Shown here: one piece after another, positions 1 through 14,285 of the stretch | Position numbering within the stretch: the stretch's first letter is position 1 | Layout of the letters: every line of letters begins with the position of its first letter | NCBI RefSeq assembly: GCF_009914755.1 | Contig: NC_060927.1 | From: the human T2T-CHM13v2.0 reference genome, Homo sapiens | Reading direction: 5' to 3' (one strand) | Length of the DNA: 64,000 bases | Translations under genes and position numbers: made by a program | The notes under the pieces: generated by a model | Seen by the model: the letters and a program-made list of their open reading frames with translations, nothing else | Told to the model about the DNA's origin: nothing | Database searches by the model: none

Positions 1-444
1 AACTCCCTCAAAGTCCTGGCTCAAATTTCAATTTACCAGTGACCTGGGGTGGATAAATCACTTTACAATTGTAACAAAGAAGGTTCCTCTGGGAATACAG
101 AATTATTCATTTTCTGCCCAGCTATGGAGTAAGAATTTGAGACTTTCTTAATATTCGAACAGTTAAAAAGAATGATACAAACATTCCAATCAAGTGACCG
201 TGGTCAGCTAGACACCCAGGGGCAGCTGATTTCTAGCACATCTTTAGAGCTCAGGCTTCTTTCTGAAAGGCCAGAGCATAGTTATGGTTCTTCAATTGCA
301 CCCCCATTCCTAAGCCAGCATTCCACCCCCTAAACCTTTCAACCTACCTCACTCCACAATGAAAATATAAGAGTGGTCTCTTACTGAATGCTTGCATGTA
401 CCAACCATTGTGCTATGCGTTATGGTACATTGCATAAATAGCCA

Positions 445-972
445 CAATTGTTCAGACCTCCAGGTTTTCATAACCATTGCCATGTGACTTTACAGTTCCT
501 CTCGTGGAGGTGAAATGTACTTTCACTCCACTGATGTTGAATTTAGTCATGTGGTTTGCTTTGGCTAATAGAATATGGTATAAGTAATTATGTGCCACTT
601 CCAAGCCTAGGCCTCCAGAAATCTCAAATGTGTCCATTCTTTCTCTTAGACATCTGCTTCTGCTATGAGAACAAGCCTGAGCTAGGTACCTGGATCATGA
701 GAAATATGTATCCCCATTTCTTAAATCAACGTAATAACCAGCCAATATCTGGTAATTCTTCAGACATGTGAGTGAGACCATGCTAGACCAGCCATCCCCC
801 AGTAAGCATGCCTCTGATAGCAGATATGTGATTGGACTCAAGTAACACTACCCAAGCCTGGGCCAGGTCAGCAGCAGTGTCAAGCTCACCCACAGGCTCA
901 GGGTAAATAATAAATGAGTTTTATGTGGGCCATAAGTATTGATATTGTTTCATGCAATAATTGCTAACTAGT
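445..972 (+). mobile_element. MLT1-family (ERVL-MaLR) solo LTR, inserted into a MIR
   Basis: Contains MLT1-typical motifs ccattgccatgtgacttt, gtcatgtggtttgctttggctaatagaat and a 3' end taaataataaatg...gcaataattgctaacta. MIR-like sequence lies on both sides. Confidence 0.7.
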
Positions 973-1170
973 AAGCACTTTATAAAGATTAGTTTGTTTA
1001 ACCCTTATAATAATCTTATACAGTAGGCTCTATTATGATTCATATCTTACAGAAGAGAAAACCAAGGTTTAGAAAATTTAAGGATCACACAGCTGTAAAG
1101 CGTCAGAACTAGGATTCTAAACCCAAATGTCCAATAATTCAAAATCTTACCTATGTTTCATCATACATCA
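973..1170 (-). mobile_element. MIR SINE fragment
   Basis: Reverse MIR core: ctattatgattcatatcttacagaagagaaaaccaagg...aaggatcacacagctgtaaag...agaactaggattctaaaccca. Confidence 0.7.
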
Positions 1171-3799
1171 CTGTGAACCCCTCTCTCCTTGCTTTTTCAT
1201 ATTTGCTTATTTAGAAAGGGAAGGGTTCAACTTTAACCTGTTGAAATTGCTAAACTCAGGCTTTTCTCTTCAAGATGAAGAGTTTCATTGCATTTTATTC
1301 AGAACTTCAAGTCTTTCTGACTTTCCTTGTGCTCTTTGTTTTCTTGTGAAACTTATCTGAAGCAACTGTTCATGAAGAAACAGGCACAGGGCATTTCTGA
1401 ACACTTACGGAAACTTTTTTTTATAGTAATAACTTGTTTATGCAAGTAACACTGTTCTCTGCTCTAAAATTTCCCAGTGACTCCTCCTAATGAATGAACC
1501 TAATTAACAAATCTCATCACTCAGCCGGAAACAAGTTTTTTCCTATGCTGAACAACTAAATGGACAGGTCAATATATACATAGTCACCAGGGATGGCTTT
1601 GGGAATGCAGAAATGAAGCCTAGCTGTGAAACTGCTGTAATTCCACGGAAATAATGGCATGATCTTGTCATATTGCTTGGGACTAACTACAATGATTCTC
1701 CACAAAGTTGCCCTCCATCCATGCATCTTTCCCAGAATAATGGAATGATTATTCTTTATTTTTATAAGATACACATAAGAAATATTTTCACTCTCAAGAA
1801 ACATCATTAATTTTATCCTTTAGTACAATAGATTCCAATACATAAACTATCTTCTTTTCAAGTAGTCGTCTGTTGTTAATTTGATTTTCATATTTACAAA
1901 GTTCAGTACTAAAGGTTTCTTTATTTCAAGCAATTTTTGTTTTAAACATGTAATAGTTGCTATTTCATTTGGTTCAATATTTGTAAAAGTACAAACAAGA
2001 AGTTTCAACATTTCTAGCATGCCATAGAGCTTGTCTATGGCTTAAGTAGAACGAGGAAAATGGTTATTATCTTTCTTCTCACAGATAGAAAATCTGTTAT
2101 ATTATATATTTCTATAATAACTTTCCAAACACAAAACTGAGGAGTGAAAAAACTGAATGCTTGTGATGCCTGAATTATTCACAGCTTTTACGTTTGTTCT
2201 TTTGTCAATAACAATCGCATGACATTTTCCTGATTTTCCATTCTATAAAAAGTTGAAAAAGTTGACATTCTTCTTTTGACTCATTCTCACAAAATGAGAA
2301 CAATTCCTCAATAAGGCTTTTCTTGACAGACTCATAGCCTAAGTATAATTAAATAAGTGAAAATTAAATATAGTTTTTAAATGCTATCTTTTTTAATGTT
2401 GTGAGTACTAATACACCAAATAATTTTATGAAGATCAGAAATACCATATAAATGTTTTTTACCTTGTATTATTATTTTACTTTTGTAAATATATTCTGAT
2501 CCTAGAAGAATATAATATTCTTCCCAAGTTATGTAGCTAACATAATCTCATAGCATTAGTATTTTCTGTCAATCATTTCTCCATTCATTTCATTGTTGAA
2601 AGGTTCTTAAAATTTTTCAAAATCACTATTAATTGTTGTAGCATTTTATGGTTGGAGAATAAATGTACATTTATAATCAAATAACTGCCAGAGTTTCATC
2701 GTATGTACAAGAATCAATGAATCAGGATGAAATACCTAGCTCATTTTACTAACTTGGCGATGCTGTTTCAGTATGACAGTAATGCATGTGATCACGTGAC
2801 TGTGCCCAACCATGCTGAAGGATATCAGATATGGTATGAAATTATACATGAATCTTTAGCCCAAATCCTTCAAAGGCCAATGCTGAGGCCAAAGGAAAAG
2901 AATATATTTTGGCTGAATACCTAGGCCAGAACTCAAAATATTGATGCATCCTTGAATAGACTTTGTTGGGAGACAAATTTTAGACTATGAAAAGATATAT
3001 TTTTTAGAATGTTTGATTTCCATTTTGTTCAAATAAATACATCAGAATGTTTTTACACTTATTGCCCCTAAATTAAAACCACAGTAGTTTGTATATGCCT
3101 ACCATGGTTCAGCCTTGCAAGTCAAGCATTCTTTCCTATGAATAAAATAACTGACACAGACAAATAACAAAAAGGTTGATACAAAAAAGAGCATGAAAAT
3201 CATCCAGAAAAGAAGTAATAAATAACAGGATAAAATGGGTAAGTAAAGACCAAGGCAGTGCCAGTCCTCAAAGATCTACAGTCTGGGTGGGACTTTGGGT
3301 AAATAGCCATTTCCTATTCAGAGATACTGTCATGGCCACCACTGACTTATCAAGTGGGTGTCTTTCTGTGCCAAAGCTTGGCCAGTGGAGGTAGACTGGT
3401 TTTAGTTCCTAAATCGGTCTCCCTAGGCTTGTGCTCTTGCACAGTGGTAAGTCTGGATAAGGGGTACTATATGGTACCAAACAGTGAAGAAATAAAAAAA
3501 AAATGGCATGTAACACCATTTTGAGGGATCAGAATGATTCTGAAGAAGGAGTCTTTAGTGTAGGCTGACTTTACTGTCTGCAGGCAGGACCAATGACTAA
3601 GTTGTGATGTAGACATAGAGAAAAAGAAAAGCACCTTGAATTTCAATATTCTCCTTTAAACTTTAAAAATTAACATGCTTTCTGAATATTTGAAGTCCCA
3701 ATTAGGAATTCATATATTGACTCCAATGAAACTCATGTTGGTGTCACTTAAATTGTCACTAAAATAATATATCTCTTATATTGTTAAGCCAGATGATTA

Positions 3800-3965
3800 A
3801 AATAGACAGCTTTACGGTCAAACAAAACTTTACATCTATGACTTACTAGCTTTGTGATGTTGCCCAAATTATCTACATTCCTATAATCTCAGTACTATCT
3901 GCTCTAAAATGAGAATAATAGTAAGGTTTATGAAATGATTAAATGAGATAATACATTTAGAGTAG
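3800..3965 (+). mobile_element. MIR SINE fragment
   Basis: acttactagctttgtgatgttgcccaaatt...ctcagt...ctctaaaatgagaataatagta...gattaaatgagataatacat matches the MIR core. Confidence 0.7.
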
Positions 3966-4971
3966 GGTCAAAATTTAGTGCAACACAACCTAGAGTGTAC
4001 ATATGAACTTTAGTTTCTCTATTTCTATAACAAATACAAACCTTTTCTTCTGTTTCTGTTTCCACTGACAGCAGAAGCTATTTCCAGTTATAAGTAATAA
4101 AGTCTTTCCTACTGTAAACAATCTTATTTGGGGGTAAAATGAGGTTTTCATTTCTGTCTGAAAGAGCTTTCTCTTCTCCACCTTCCTAAGATGGCATCTG
4201 GACACATAGGAAATCTCCTATAGCCTCAGGGAATCTCCTGCCTTCATGCTATGTTTCTCCATGGCTTCACTGACCCATAAATGAAATGTAGCTCATTTTG
4301 CCTGTTTTCTAGGCATAGAGTTCTGACCTCCTTGCATTCTCTTCTGAAGTGTCACAGATGCTGTAACTCACTGGCTGGCCTCTTGGAGCAGTAAAGACTT
4401 CATTTCCCCACATTGCTGCTTTGGCACCAGTTCAGATATTTTTTACTGAGCAGATGGGCAGGGACTCAGCACTCACCTCACACCTCATGACTGACACCTT
4501 CTCAGTCACTGTCCATTTTGTTCTTGGCACTCATGGGAGGGTGCACTGAGTTACTGAGGGTCACAAGCTTTATCTTTACTTTAGTATTGATTCATTCAAA
4601 TCTCTTTTCTTCTCCTATATGAAAAGCTTTTACCTGCCTTTTCTCTTTGGTGGAAACTTCCCAAATATTGTACTCTCTTTATAATTCTTTATTCTAAGGT
4701 TAACCCCCTTCTGTTTTCCTGGCATGACAGTATTCATGACTTAAGTGTGAATTCTGAAGGAGCTACAGGGGAATAAAATGAAAGGGATTACTGAAAATCC
4801 ACAGAGGTGTTGACCTCAAGATCCTCCTTTTCTTATAACCTAAGAGGAAAATGTAAGTAAACAAACATTTTAAAAAAACAGCTAAAATAAACTAACAGCA
4901 ATCATGAGGATATAGAAAGAGTTTGTTGCCAGTAAGAAAGATTGAAAATGTTAAAAATTAGCAAGGCTGAG

Positions 4972-5535
4972 TGTGGTTGAAAAAAATTCTAAGAGGGATC
5001 TCAAATTCCCACTCCCTTGTGTACACGCATGCCTTATAATCCCCTAACCTACTTTAACTGGGTAGAACCAGTGAATATAATGAGATGTCACTCCTGTGAT
5101 TAGGTTACTAATTAGTTGACTTGGAGTTAGCCAAAAGAGATTATCCTGGAAGGTCCTAACTTAATCAAATGGAATAAAGTGAGGAGTCAAAGAGAGAACC
5201 TGCTGGCCTGGAAGAAAGCAAACAGCCATGTTGTAAATGACCTATGGGGTTCAGGAAGTAAGAACCTGAAGGTGACCTCTAGCTGCTGACAGTGGTCCAT
5301 GGTTGGAAGATAGTTATAAAATGGGGATTTTAGTTATACGCCCACGAGGAAACTAAATATGACAATTTTCTAATAAAGCGAACAACTTGTTCCTAGCTCA
5401 CCAGTGGTGAGTGGAGGTTCCAGCAGAGCCATTCCTGACTCTTGATCCATGGACACGGTATGATAATCAATGTGTGTGTTGTTTTCAGGCACTAGGACTG
5501 TAGTAATTTGTAACTTGTCAATAGAAAACTAATGT
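4972..5535 (+). mobile_element. MLT1E-like MaLR solo LTR
   Basis: Starts tgtgg; contains gatgtcactcctgtgattaggtta, gagattatcctgg, tgctggcctggaagaaagcaaacagccatgttg; ends gtaatttgt...caatagaaaactaat. Confidence 0.75.
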
Positions 5536-5644
5536 TCTGAGGTATTATATCCAAATATAAATAAAACTAATATCCAATCCCTGCTTTCCAAAGAAATATG
5601 TAAGAGGCAATGGAAGGAAAATGGAAAATAAACACCCCCTCCAC

Positions 5645-5676
<32 letters not shown>

Positions 5677-5700
5677 GACACAGACATACACACACACACA
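5645..5700. repeat. Imperfect (CA)n microsatellite
   Basis: Run of cacacaca... seen directly, with a few cg/ga/ta interruptions. Confidence 0.95.
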
Positions 5701-5871
5701 AACTCTTACAATAGATGTCTAACTTGGAAAGAGGTGAGAAAACAGCTACTTTGATCAGTTCCAAATGGAAAGATAACAATTTCCACAAAAATCTTAACCA
5801 CCATGACTATGTCTGAGTTCAAGCAGAGCCAAAGAAAATCTACAGTTTTAAATTAGAATGAAAAAGAGGAA

Positions 5872-8760
5872 AACAAATAAACACAATTAGAAATAATAAA
5901 GGGAATGTTACTACTGACCCCACAGAAATGAAAACAAGCATCAAAAACTACTATGAACACATACACACACACAAACTAGAAAACCTAGAAGAGATGGATA
6001 AATTCCTGGACATATACAGCCTCCCAAGACTGAGCAAGGAAGAAGCTGATTCCCTAAACAGACCAATAACAATCTTCAAAACTGAATCAGTAACCAATAG
6101 CCTGCCAACCAAAAAAAGCCTGGAACCTGATGGATTCACAGCCAAATTCTACCAGATGTACAAAAAAGAGCTGGTACTATTCCTATAGAAACTATTCCAA
6201 CAATTGAGGAGGAGGGACTCCTCCCCAACTTATTCTATGAGGCCAACATTATCTTGATATTAAAATCTGGCAGACACAACATAAAAAGAAAATTTCAGGA
6301 CAATATCCTTGATGAACATTGATGCAAAAATCCTTAACAAAATACTGGCAAACCAAATCCAGCAGCACATCAAAATGTTAATCCATCATAATCAAGTAAA
6401 CTTCATCCCCAGGATGCAAGGTTGGTTCAACATATTGCAAATCAATAAATGTGATTTATCACATATATGGAACTAAAGACAAAAACCACATGATTATCTC
6501 AATAGATGCAGAAAAGGCTTTCAATAAAAGTCAACACCCCTTCATGTTAAAAACACTCAATATACTAGGTATTAAAGGAACATACCTCAAAATGACAAAA
6601 GCCATCTATGACAAACCCACATAAAACATTATACTGCGAGGGCAAAAACTGGAAGCATTCCCCTTGAAAACTGGCACAAGACAAGGATGCCCTCTGTCCA
6701 CACTTCTATTCAACACAGTATTGGGAGTCCTAGCCAGAGTGATCAGGCAAGAGAAAGAAATAAAGGCATTCAAATAGGAAGAGAGGAAAGTCAAACTATA
6801 TCTGCAGATGACATGATTCTATATCTGGACATTTTCATTGTCTTTCCCCAAGAGCTCCTTCAGCTGATAAATAACTCAGCAAAATTGCAGGATATAAAAT
6901 CAAAGGTACAAAATTACTAGCATTTCTGTACACCAACAGCCAAACTGAGAACCAAATCAGAAAGGTAATCCCATTCACAATTGCCACCAAAAGAATAAAA
7001 TACCTAGGAATACAGCTAGCCAGGGAGGTGAAAGGTCTCTACAATGAGAATTACAAAACACTGCTCAAAGAAATCAGAGATGATACAAACAAATGGAAAA
7101 GCATCCCATGCTCATGGATAGGAAGAATCAATATCATTAAGATAGGCATACTGCCCAAAGTAATTTACAGATTTAATTCTTATCAAACCATCAATGACAT
7201 TCTTCACACAACTAGAAAAAAACTATTTTAAAATTCACCTATGGAACCAAAAAAGAGCCTGAATAGTCAAGAAAATCCCAAGCAAAATGAACAAAGCTGG
7301 AGGCATCACATTATCTGACTCCAAACAATTCTACAAGGCTACAGCAACCAAAACAGCATGGTACTGGTACAAAAACAGCCACATAGACCAATGGAACAGA
7401 ATAGAGAGCCCAGAAACAAGGCCGCACAACTATGATCACCTGCTCTTCGATAAAGCTGACAAAAAACAAGCAATGAGGGAAAGACTCCCTATTCAATAAA
7501 TGGTGCTGGGAGAACTGGCTAGCCATATGCAGAAGATTGAAGCTGAACTCCTTTTTTTTTTTTTTTACACCATATACAAAAATCAGCTCAAGATGGATTA
7601 AGGGTTTAAATGTAAAACCCAGAACTATAAAAACCCTGAAAGACAACCTAGGCAATACCATCCTGGACATATGAATGGGCAAATATTTCATGATGAGTAA
7701 ACCAAAAGAAATAGCATCAAATGTAAAAATTGACAAGTGGGATCTAGTTAAGATATTCTGCAAAGCAAAAGAAACTATCAACAGAGTAAACAGACAATCT
7801 ACAGAATGGGAGAAAATATGTGTCAACTATGCATCTGACAAAGGTCTAATATCTAGCATCTATGAGATACTTAAACAAATTTACAAGAGAAAAACAAGCA
7901 ACCCCATTAAAAAGTGGGCAAAGGATATGAACGGACATTTCTCAAAAGAAGACATACATGTGGCCAACAAGCATAAGAAAAAAAGCTCAACATCAGTGAT
8001 CATCAGAGAAATGCAAATCAAAACCATAATGAGATACCATCTCATACCAGTCAAAATGGCTATTATTAAAAAGTTAAAAAATAGCAAATGTTGGTGAGGT
8101 TGGGGAGAAAAAGGAACATTTATACACTGTTGGTGGGAGTGTAAATTAGTTCAACCATTGTGGAAAGCAGTATGGTGACTCTTCAAATAGCTAAAAGCAG
8201 AACTACCATTTGACCTAGCAATCCCATTACTGGGTATATACCCAGATGAATATAAATTATTCTACACATGCACATGAATGTCCCTTGCAGCACTATTCAC
8301 AATAGCAAAGACATGGGATCAACATAAATGCCCATAAATGACAGACTGGATAAAGAAAATGTGGTACATATATACCACGGAATACTATGCAGCCATAAAA
8401 AAGAACAAAATCATGTCTTTTGTGGGAACATGGATGGATCTGGAAGCTATTATCCTTGGCAAACTAATGCAGGAACAGAAAACCAAATACCACATGTTCT
8501 CACTTATAAGTGGGAGCTAAATGATAAGAACCTATGAGCCCAAAGAAAGAAACAGCAGACATTGAGGTCTACTTGAGAATAAAGGGTAGTGAGAGGGAGA
8601 GGAGCAGAAAAGATAACTATTGCGTACTGGACTTAATACCTGGGTGATGAAGTAATATGTACAACCAACCCTTGTGACATGTGTTTACCTATGTAACAGG
8701 CCTTCACATGTACCCCCAAACCTAAAAATAAAAGTTAAAAAAAAAAAGAAAAGAAGGAAA
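5872..8760 (+). mobile_element. 5'-truncated LINE-1, older L1PA class (closest to L1PA14/15), degraded ORF2 (RT and C-terminal region), 3' UTR and poly(A)
   Basis: ORFs 5928-6188 ([12 protein letters not shown]), 7028-7231 ([15 protein letters not shown]), 7287-7499, 7675-8097 and 8338-8520 are L1 ORF2 peptides in shifting frames. The RT motif region reads gcagatgacatgatt (ADDMI). The 3' UTR gagaggagcagaaaagataactatt...cccccaaacctaaaaataaaagtt is followed by an A tail. Confidence 0.95.
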
Positions 8761-9330
8761 ATAAAGAGAAAAAAACAAAAGGATGTTAATTTCCCAATCT
8801 AATTGTCTCTGGCAATAAGTAGTGATGTAAAACCCAAAATTTGGGATGTAAAATCCCCAAACTAGAGATTTAGCCAAAGAAAAGGTGAAAATGAATGAAA
8901 ATAAGCTAAGATTCTCAGAGGTAGCAGGTAGTGGGGGAAGGGACACTCATAAAATTCTTCCCAAATCATAAAGAGAGCAAGAGCAGGGCAAAAGGAGAAA
9001 GTGGTCATAGTTACTGGAAACAATGGGTTAAAATAGGATAAAAGAACAATCTGGCTGACTCAGGAACTGAATGAAAAGCTATAATGCCTCAAGTTAAATT
9101 GAAAACATTATTTGTGTCCGAAAAGTATCTTTTCACAGGACCAGAATACCATGGCTAATATCTACTTGCTCTGTTTTGATTGCTAAGTGCCTGGCTTTCA
9201 GGTTGTAAATATTTTGACTAGTACCCCTGGATACAGTCTGACAAAGAGTAATAAACTTGGCTATAAAACATGTGAGCAATGCTCAGATTCACTAATAAAA
9301 GTGCATCCAACCCCATGCAGTCCTTCCCAC

Positions 9331-10153
9331 CAGTGAGATGTTGGTAAATGTTTAACAGCTGGCTCTCTGGGCAGAGGTAGGGAGGACTATATGCACACAT
9401 ATATATATGTTTATAAAATTTGTACTCTTATGAAGAATGCATAGCATAAAAATGATAAACTTACAAACATTATTTACCAGTAATAATAAAATACACAATA
9501 CATTCCATACGGCCAAATGATTTTTAAGAATAGTTTTGTTGAATTTTGTTGAGCTCTTGTGTTCATGGCCAAGCTATGGTTGTACTCAATGAGTGTAGTT
9601 TCAACATGAATGTTTATTGATGTTTTCTTTATTTGTCTAGTAAGAATAAGTGAAACAATAAAGATAGCTTTCATCTGTCAATAAATTGAGCAAATTCTTT
9701 GTGTATTGGGTAGTAGTTTCCAAATACTGAAAAAATATTTTCTCAATTTTCCGTTATAATGACAAAACATACAATGCACATTTATGTTTAAGATATGTTA
9801 TTAACATTCTGTCTTCTTATTAAATCTAGATCATCAACAAAACAATAAGCCTAGCTCTGATTTGTAGTATTTGCCAATTTTCAGGACGTGTAAACTGCCA
9901 CCATAGCTGATTTCAAGCAACGAATGTGACATCACTGAAAGCACAAAAATGGTCTTAAATAACCTCAATAGTATGGATAATAGAAAAATATAGTAAAGTA
10001 ATCAGGATGGGGGAGTTTTTAATACAATGCATTTATTTTTAAATCAATATGATTTAATTTTTAATAACATCTGTGTATATTTAATAACCAACTTGCAAAA
10101 ATGGAATAACCTGCTCTCATGAGCTTGTATGAGCAGGCTGCAGTACACCACTG
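9331..10153. mobile_element. MER63-family hAT-Blackjack non-autonomous DNA transposon with an intact 8-bp TSD
   Basis: Termini cagtgagatgttggtaaatgtttaacagctggctctc and ...gagcaggctgcagtacaccactg (reverse complement cagtggtgtactgcagcc) form imperfect TIRs. Perfect TSD cttcccac at 9323-9330 and 10154-10161. Confidence 0.85.
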
Positions 10154-10349
10154 CTTCCCACTCTACACTATCTTCAAGTTTTAAATTAGAAGACAAACAG
10201 TTTACAACTGGATTGGAAAGAGACTCATTGAGGATCCACCCACTCTGTTTTAGACCTGACACCACTGCCCAGTTAAGAGTATCCAGCATAAAGGAGTGAG
10301 ACAAAGAGAGGGAAAGGTCTAATACATCTCTCCTAGCATATGCAGTAAA

Positions 10350-11350
10350 ATAATGGGAAAACAACTATACTATACCAAAAATACATGAAGAATCTATTCT
10401 TGAAGAAAAGATAAGCTTTCAGAAAAGAGGGACGTTTCCTAGAGGTGCTTTAAGCTATAGATGAACTAAATAATGTCAGGAATTTAAGAAATAAATGTTT
10501 AAAGATAAGATAAAGAAATACCAAGCAAAACAGCGAGCAAAATGAGATAAAAATAAAGATTTTCTTGATAAGAAAATAAACGGAGGCCAATAACAATACA
10601 ACTACAGATAAATTTTTTAATTATTTTTAAACAAACACCAGTAAGTAAGCATGGATGACAGACTGTTGACAAAGAGAAAAAGCTAAAGATAGCCATTTAA
10701 CATGCAAGAGGGAAAGGACTTATATAGTAATCCAATTCAAGAGAAAAAATAGATATTACAGCAGACAAAGGTGATTCACCAAAAAGTTAACTGGCATTCT
10801 TAAAGATGAAAACCCAAAAATAGAAGAAAAAATATCATCAGTGTCATATTAAAAGATTTCACTGAAATAAGACAAAACTAAATAAGCAAATCAAAAGAAA
10901 AATTAATATAAAAGCTGGCATGAAGATACCTTCTAGACAAGCACTGGCATTAATTACCAAGAATAAGGAATTCTCTAGAATTATTCTGGGCCCAGACTTC
11001 TCCAAAACAGCATTCAAAGGAACAACAACAACAACAACATTTTTTTACAGGAAATAAAAATATGACCCTGAAATATGATGCCTAGTCAAGTTGTCTTTCA
11101 TGGAATAGCCAAAATGTAGAAATTTTCAAACATGAATGAATCTGGTAGCATAATACCAAGTAGCCTGTTTTTAAAACAAACAGACTTCTAAACATCCAGA
11201 CTTCTCTGGACAAAATCCAGACAACTAGATGATGGAAGAAGACACAGTGGAAAAGGGATCAATAGTAAACACAGAATATAAAATCATGGGAAATATATAA
11301 TAGGAGGTAAATGTTATAAATATTAATAATGTACCAATAACAAACAATAA
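10350..11350 (+). mobile_element. Highly decayed ancient L1M/HAL1-like ORF1-region remnant
   Basis: Extreme A-skew, with motifs cagacttctccaaaacagcattcaaagg and gaccctgaaatatgatgcctagtcaagttgtctttc resembling the L1 ORF1 C-terminal DNA. Confidence 0.4.
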
Positions 11351-11384
11351 GTAGAAAATGAAAGGCAAAGGAAGATAAAAAATA

Positions 11385-13372
11385 TAAGAACATTTTCTAT
11401 ATATAAGCAATGAATGAGTAGAATCAAAATTAAAAATTGTCATTTATATTGGCACCCTAATAAATAAAATACTTCGGCATAAATGTAACAAAATATATAC
11501 AAAATCTATCTGAGAAAAACTATAAACTTCTGATGAAATGAATCACATAAGAATTATATAAGTGGAAAGACATTTTATGTTCCTGGATAAGAAAACTTAA
11601 TATTGTCAAGATGTCAGTTATTCCCAACTTGATGTATAGATTCAACACAATCCCATTCAAAATCTCAGCAAGTTATTTTATGGATATAGACAAACTGATT
11701 CTAAAGTTTATATGGTGAGAAAATAGACATAGAATAGCAAACTCAATATTAAAGAAGAACAAAGTCAGAGGATTGACACTAGCTGACTTTATTATAAAGC
11801 TATAGTAATTCAATGTGGTATTGATTTTTTAAATAAAGGACAAATATATTAGTGCAACAGGAGAGCCTAGAAATAGACCTACACAAATATTGTCAACTCA
11901 TCTTTGGCAAATGAGCATAGGCAACACAATGGAGAAAAGATAGTGTTTTCAATAAATGGTGCTAGAACAACTGGACATCCACATGCCAAAAAAAAAAAAA
12001 AAACCCCACTATTCTAGACATCAACTTTACAACACTGATAAAAAATAACTCAAAATGGGTCATAGACTTTAATTTACAATGCAAAACCAGAAAACTCCTA
12101 GAAGATAAAATAGGGGACTTCAGGCATGGTGATGAATTTTTGATATAACACAAAGGCACAATCCATAAACGAAGCAATTGATAAGCTGAATTTTATTAAA
12201 ATTAACAAGCCATGTTCTGTGAAAGACAATGTCAAGAGAATGAGAATATAAGTCACAGACTGGGAGAAAATTTTTGCAAAAGATGTAGCTGATAAAGGAC
12301 TACTATCTTAAATGTATACAAAAATTCTTGAAACGATGAGAAAATGAAAAATTGTATTAAAAAATAGGCCAAAGATCATAGACATCTTGTCAAAAATTAT
12401 ATACAAATTTCATATAAGCATACAAAAAGATGTTCAACATCATATATCATTAGGGAATTCCAAATTCTCTAATACAACAATGAGATGCCACTACACACCT
12501 ATTAGAATGGCCAAATCCAAAACACTGACAATACCAAATGCTAATGAGGATGTGGAGACTCTGGAAGTCTCAATCATTTCTAGAGAAAATGCAAAATGTT
12601 ATAGTCAATTTGGCAGAGAATTTGGCAGTTTCTTACAAAACCAAACATACTTTTACTACATGATCCAACAATCACATTCCTTGCTAATTACCCAAGTGAG
12701 TTGAGCAATTATGTCCACATAAAAGCCTGCACGTGAATGTTTACAGCAGCTTTATTCATACTTACCCAAAGTTGGGAGCACCCAAGATGCCCTTCAATAA
12801 GTAAATGGATAAAAATATGGTGGCACATTCAGACAATGGAGTACTATACAGTGATAAAAGGAAATGAGCCATCAAGCTATCAAAAAGACATGGAGGAACC
12901 TTAAACCCATACTACTGAGTGAAAGAAGTCAATCTGAAAGGGCTACGTACTATGTGATTCCAATGATATGACATCCTGGGAAACGCAGAACTATGGAGAC
13001 AATAAACATTTCAGTGGTTGCTAAGGTTAGAGGAGGAAGGGGTGAATAGGCAGAGTACAAAGGATTTTTAGGGTAGTGGAATTGTGCTGTGTGATACTAC
13101 AATAGTGAATGCATGTCATTTTACATTTCTCAAAACCCAAAGAATGTACAGTGCCAAGGGTGAATCCTAAAATAAACTATGAACTTCAGGTGATAATGAT
13201 GTGTCAACACAGGTTTGTCAGTTGTAACCAGTGTACTACTGGGGAGTGAAATGTTGATAGTTATGGAGGTTGTGTGTGGTGGGAGAAGCAGCTGGTTTAT
13301 GGGAACTCTCTACTGTCTGCACATTTTCACTGCGAACCTAAAACTGCTCTAAAAACAGTCTATTTAATACAA
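11385..13372 (+). mobile_element. L1MC1/L1MC2-type LINE-1, 3' part of ORF2 and 3' UTR
   Basis: Degraded ORF2 DNA (ttcaataaatggtgctagaacaactgg, gatgccactacacacctattagaatggcc) and an L1MC-type end gggtgaatcctaaaataaactatgaactt...gaacctaaaactgctctaaaaacagtctattt. Confidence 0.85.
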
Positions 13373-14044
13373 AATTTAATAAGAGTAGAAATATTATTGA
13401 AATCTTCACTTTCTCACATCACGCATTGATTTATGTCAAAAAAGTGAGAATAAGGTGTTTTTTATGAGTTGTAGAAAATAATGTACCACATGGTTTACTA
13501 AAAGACAAACTTGATTCTAATGAGTAATAATGAATGCATGAATGAACCCTCTTTTTAATTAAGGCATTTCAAGAGAGTAAAGGGTACAGCATGCATCATG
13601 CTCTTGGTATTGGATGTTGTCACCACTGTCTTTATCACTGACTTTTTAAATTACACTCTAAGGTTTAGCAATACGGTGGTCTCCTCTCCTGGAGACTGGA
13701 CCCATAAAAGACTTTCAAATTCAGAAGTTTGTTCCTATATAAAAATGTCTGTTATTTGTCCTGGTAATATTAAGAATTTCATGTACTTATTCAAATAATA
13801 ATTTCTTAATAAAACAGCCTCAAAATTAAGAAAGAGACATGTGTAGGAGTCAAAAGAGTAAACTTTTGGCAGGGATTCTGAATACTGAATACATCCTTTG
13901 AAAATGTTCTCAGATTTAGAGAAATCACACTTTACATAGAGGTTTCCTTTACTGTAACATGAAAATATTATTATCTCCCCACTTTTATAAATAACATGGT
14001 AGCAGCTAAGGTCTAATCTAAATAATAAAAATACCTTTTTATTT

Positions 14045-14285
14045 TATTTTTTTGATGTGTAAGGCATTGAGCTAAGAACTTTGTTGATGTTTAACATTAT
14101 TTAATCTTCATTTATCCTCTAACCTATTTATCATTCTTAATCTCATTTTTAAAATGAAGAAACCATGGTTCAGAGAGGTTCAGAATTAACCTTCCTAAGG
14201 TTGCAAATCCAGTACATGGAAGACCTATAGCTTAAAACTATTTATGCCTAATTCCAAAATGCATATTCTTAATTTTATCACTCTT
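14045..14285 (-). mobile_element. MIR SINE fragment
   Basis: ctcatttttaaaatgaagaaaccatggttcagagaggtt...cttcctaaggttgca is the reverse MIR core. A second weaker MIR-like piece follows at about 14345-14560. Confidence 0.65.
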
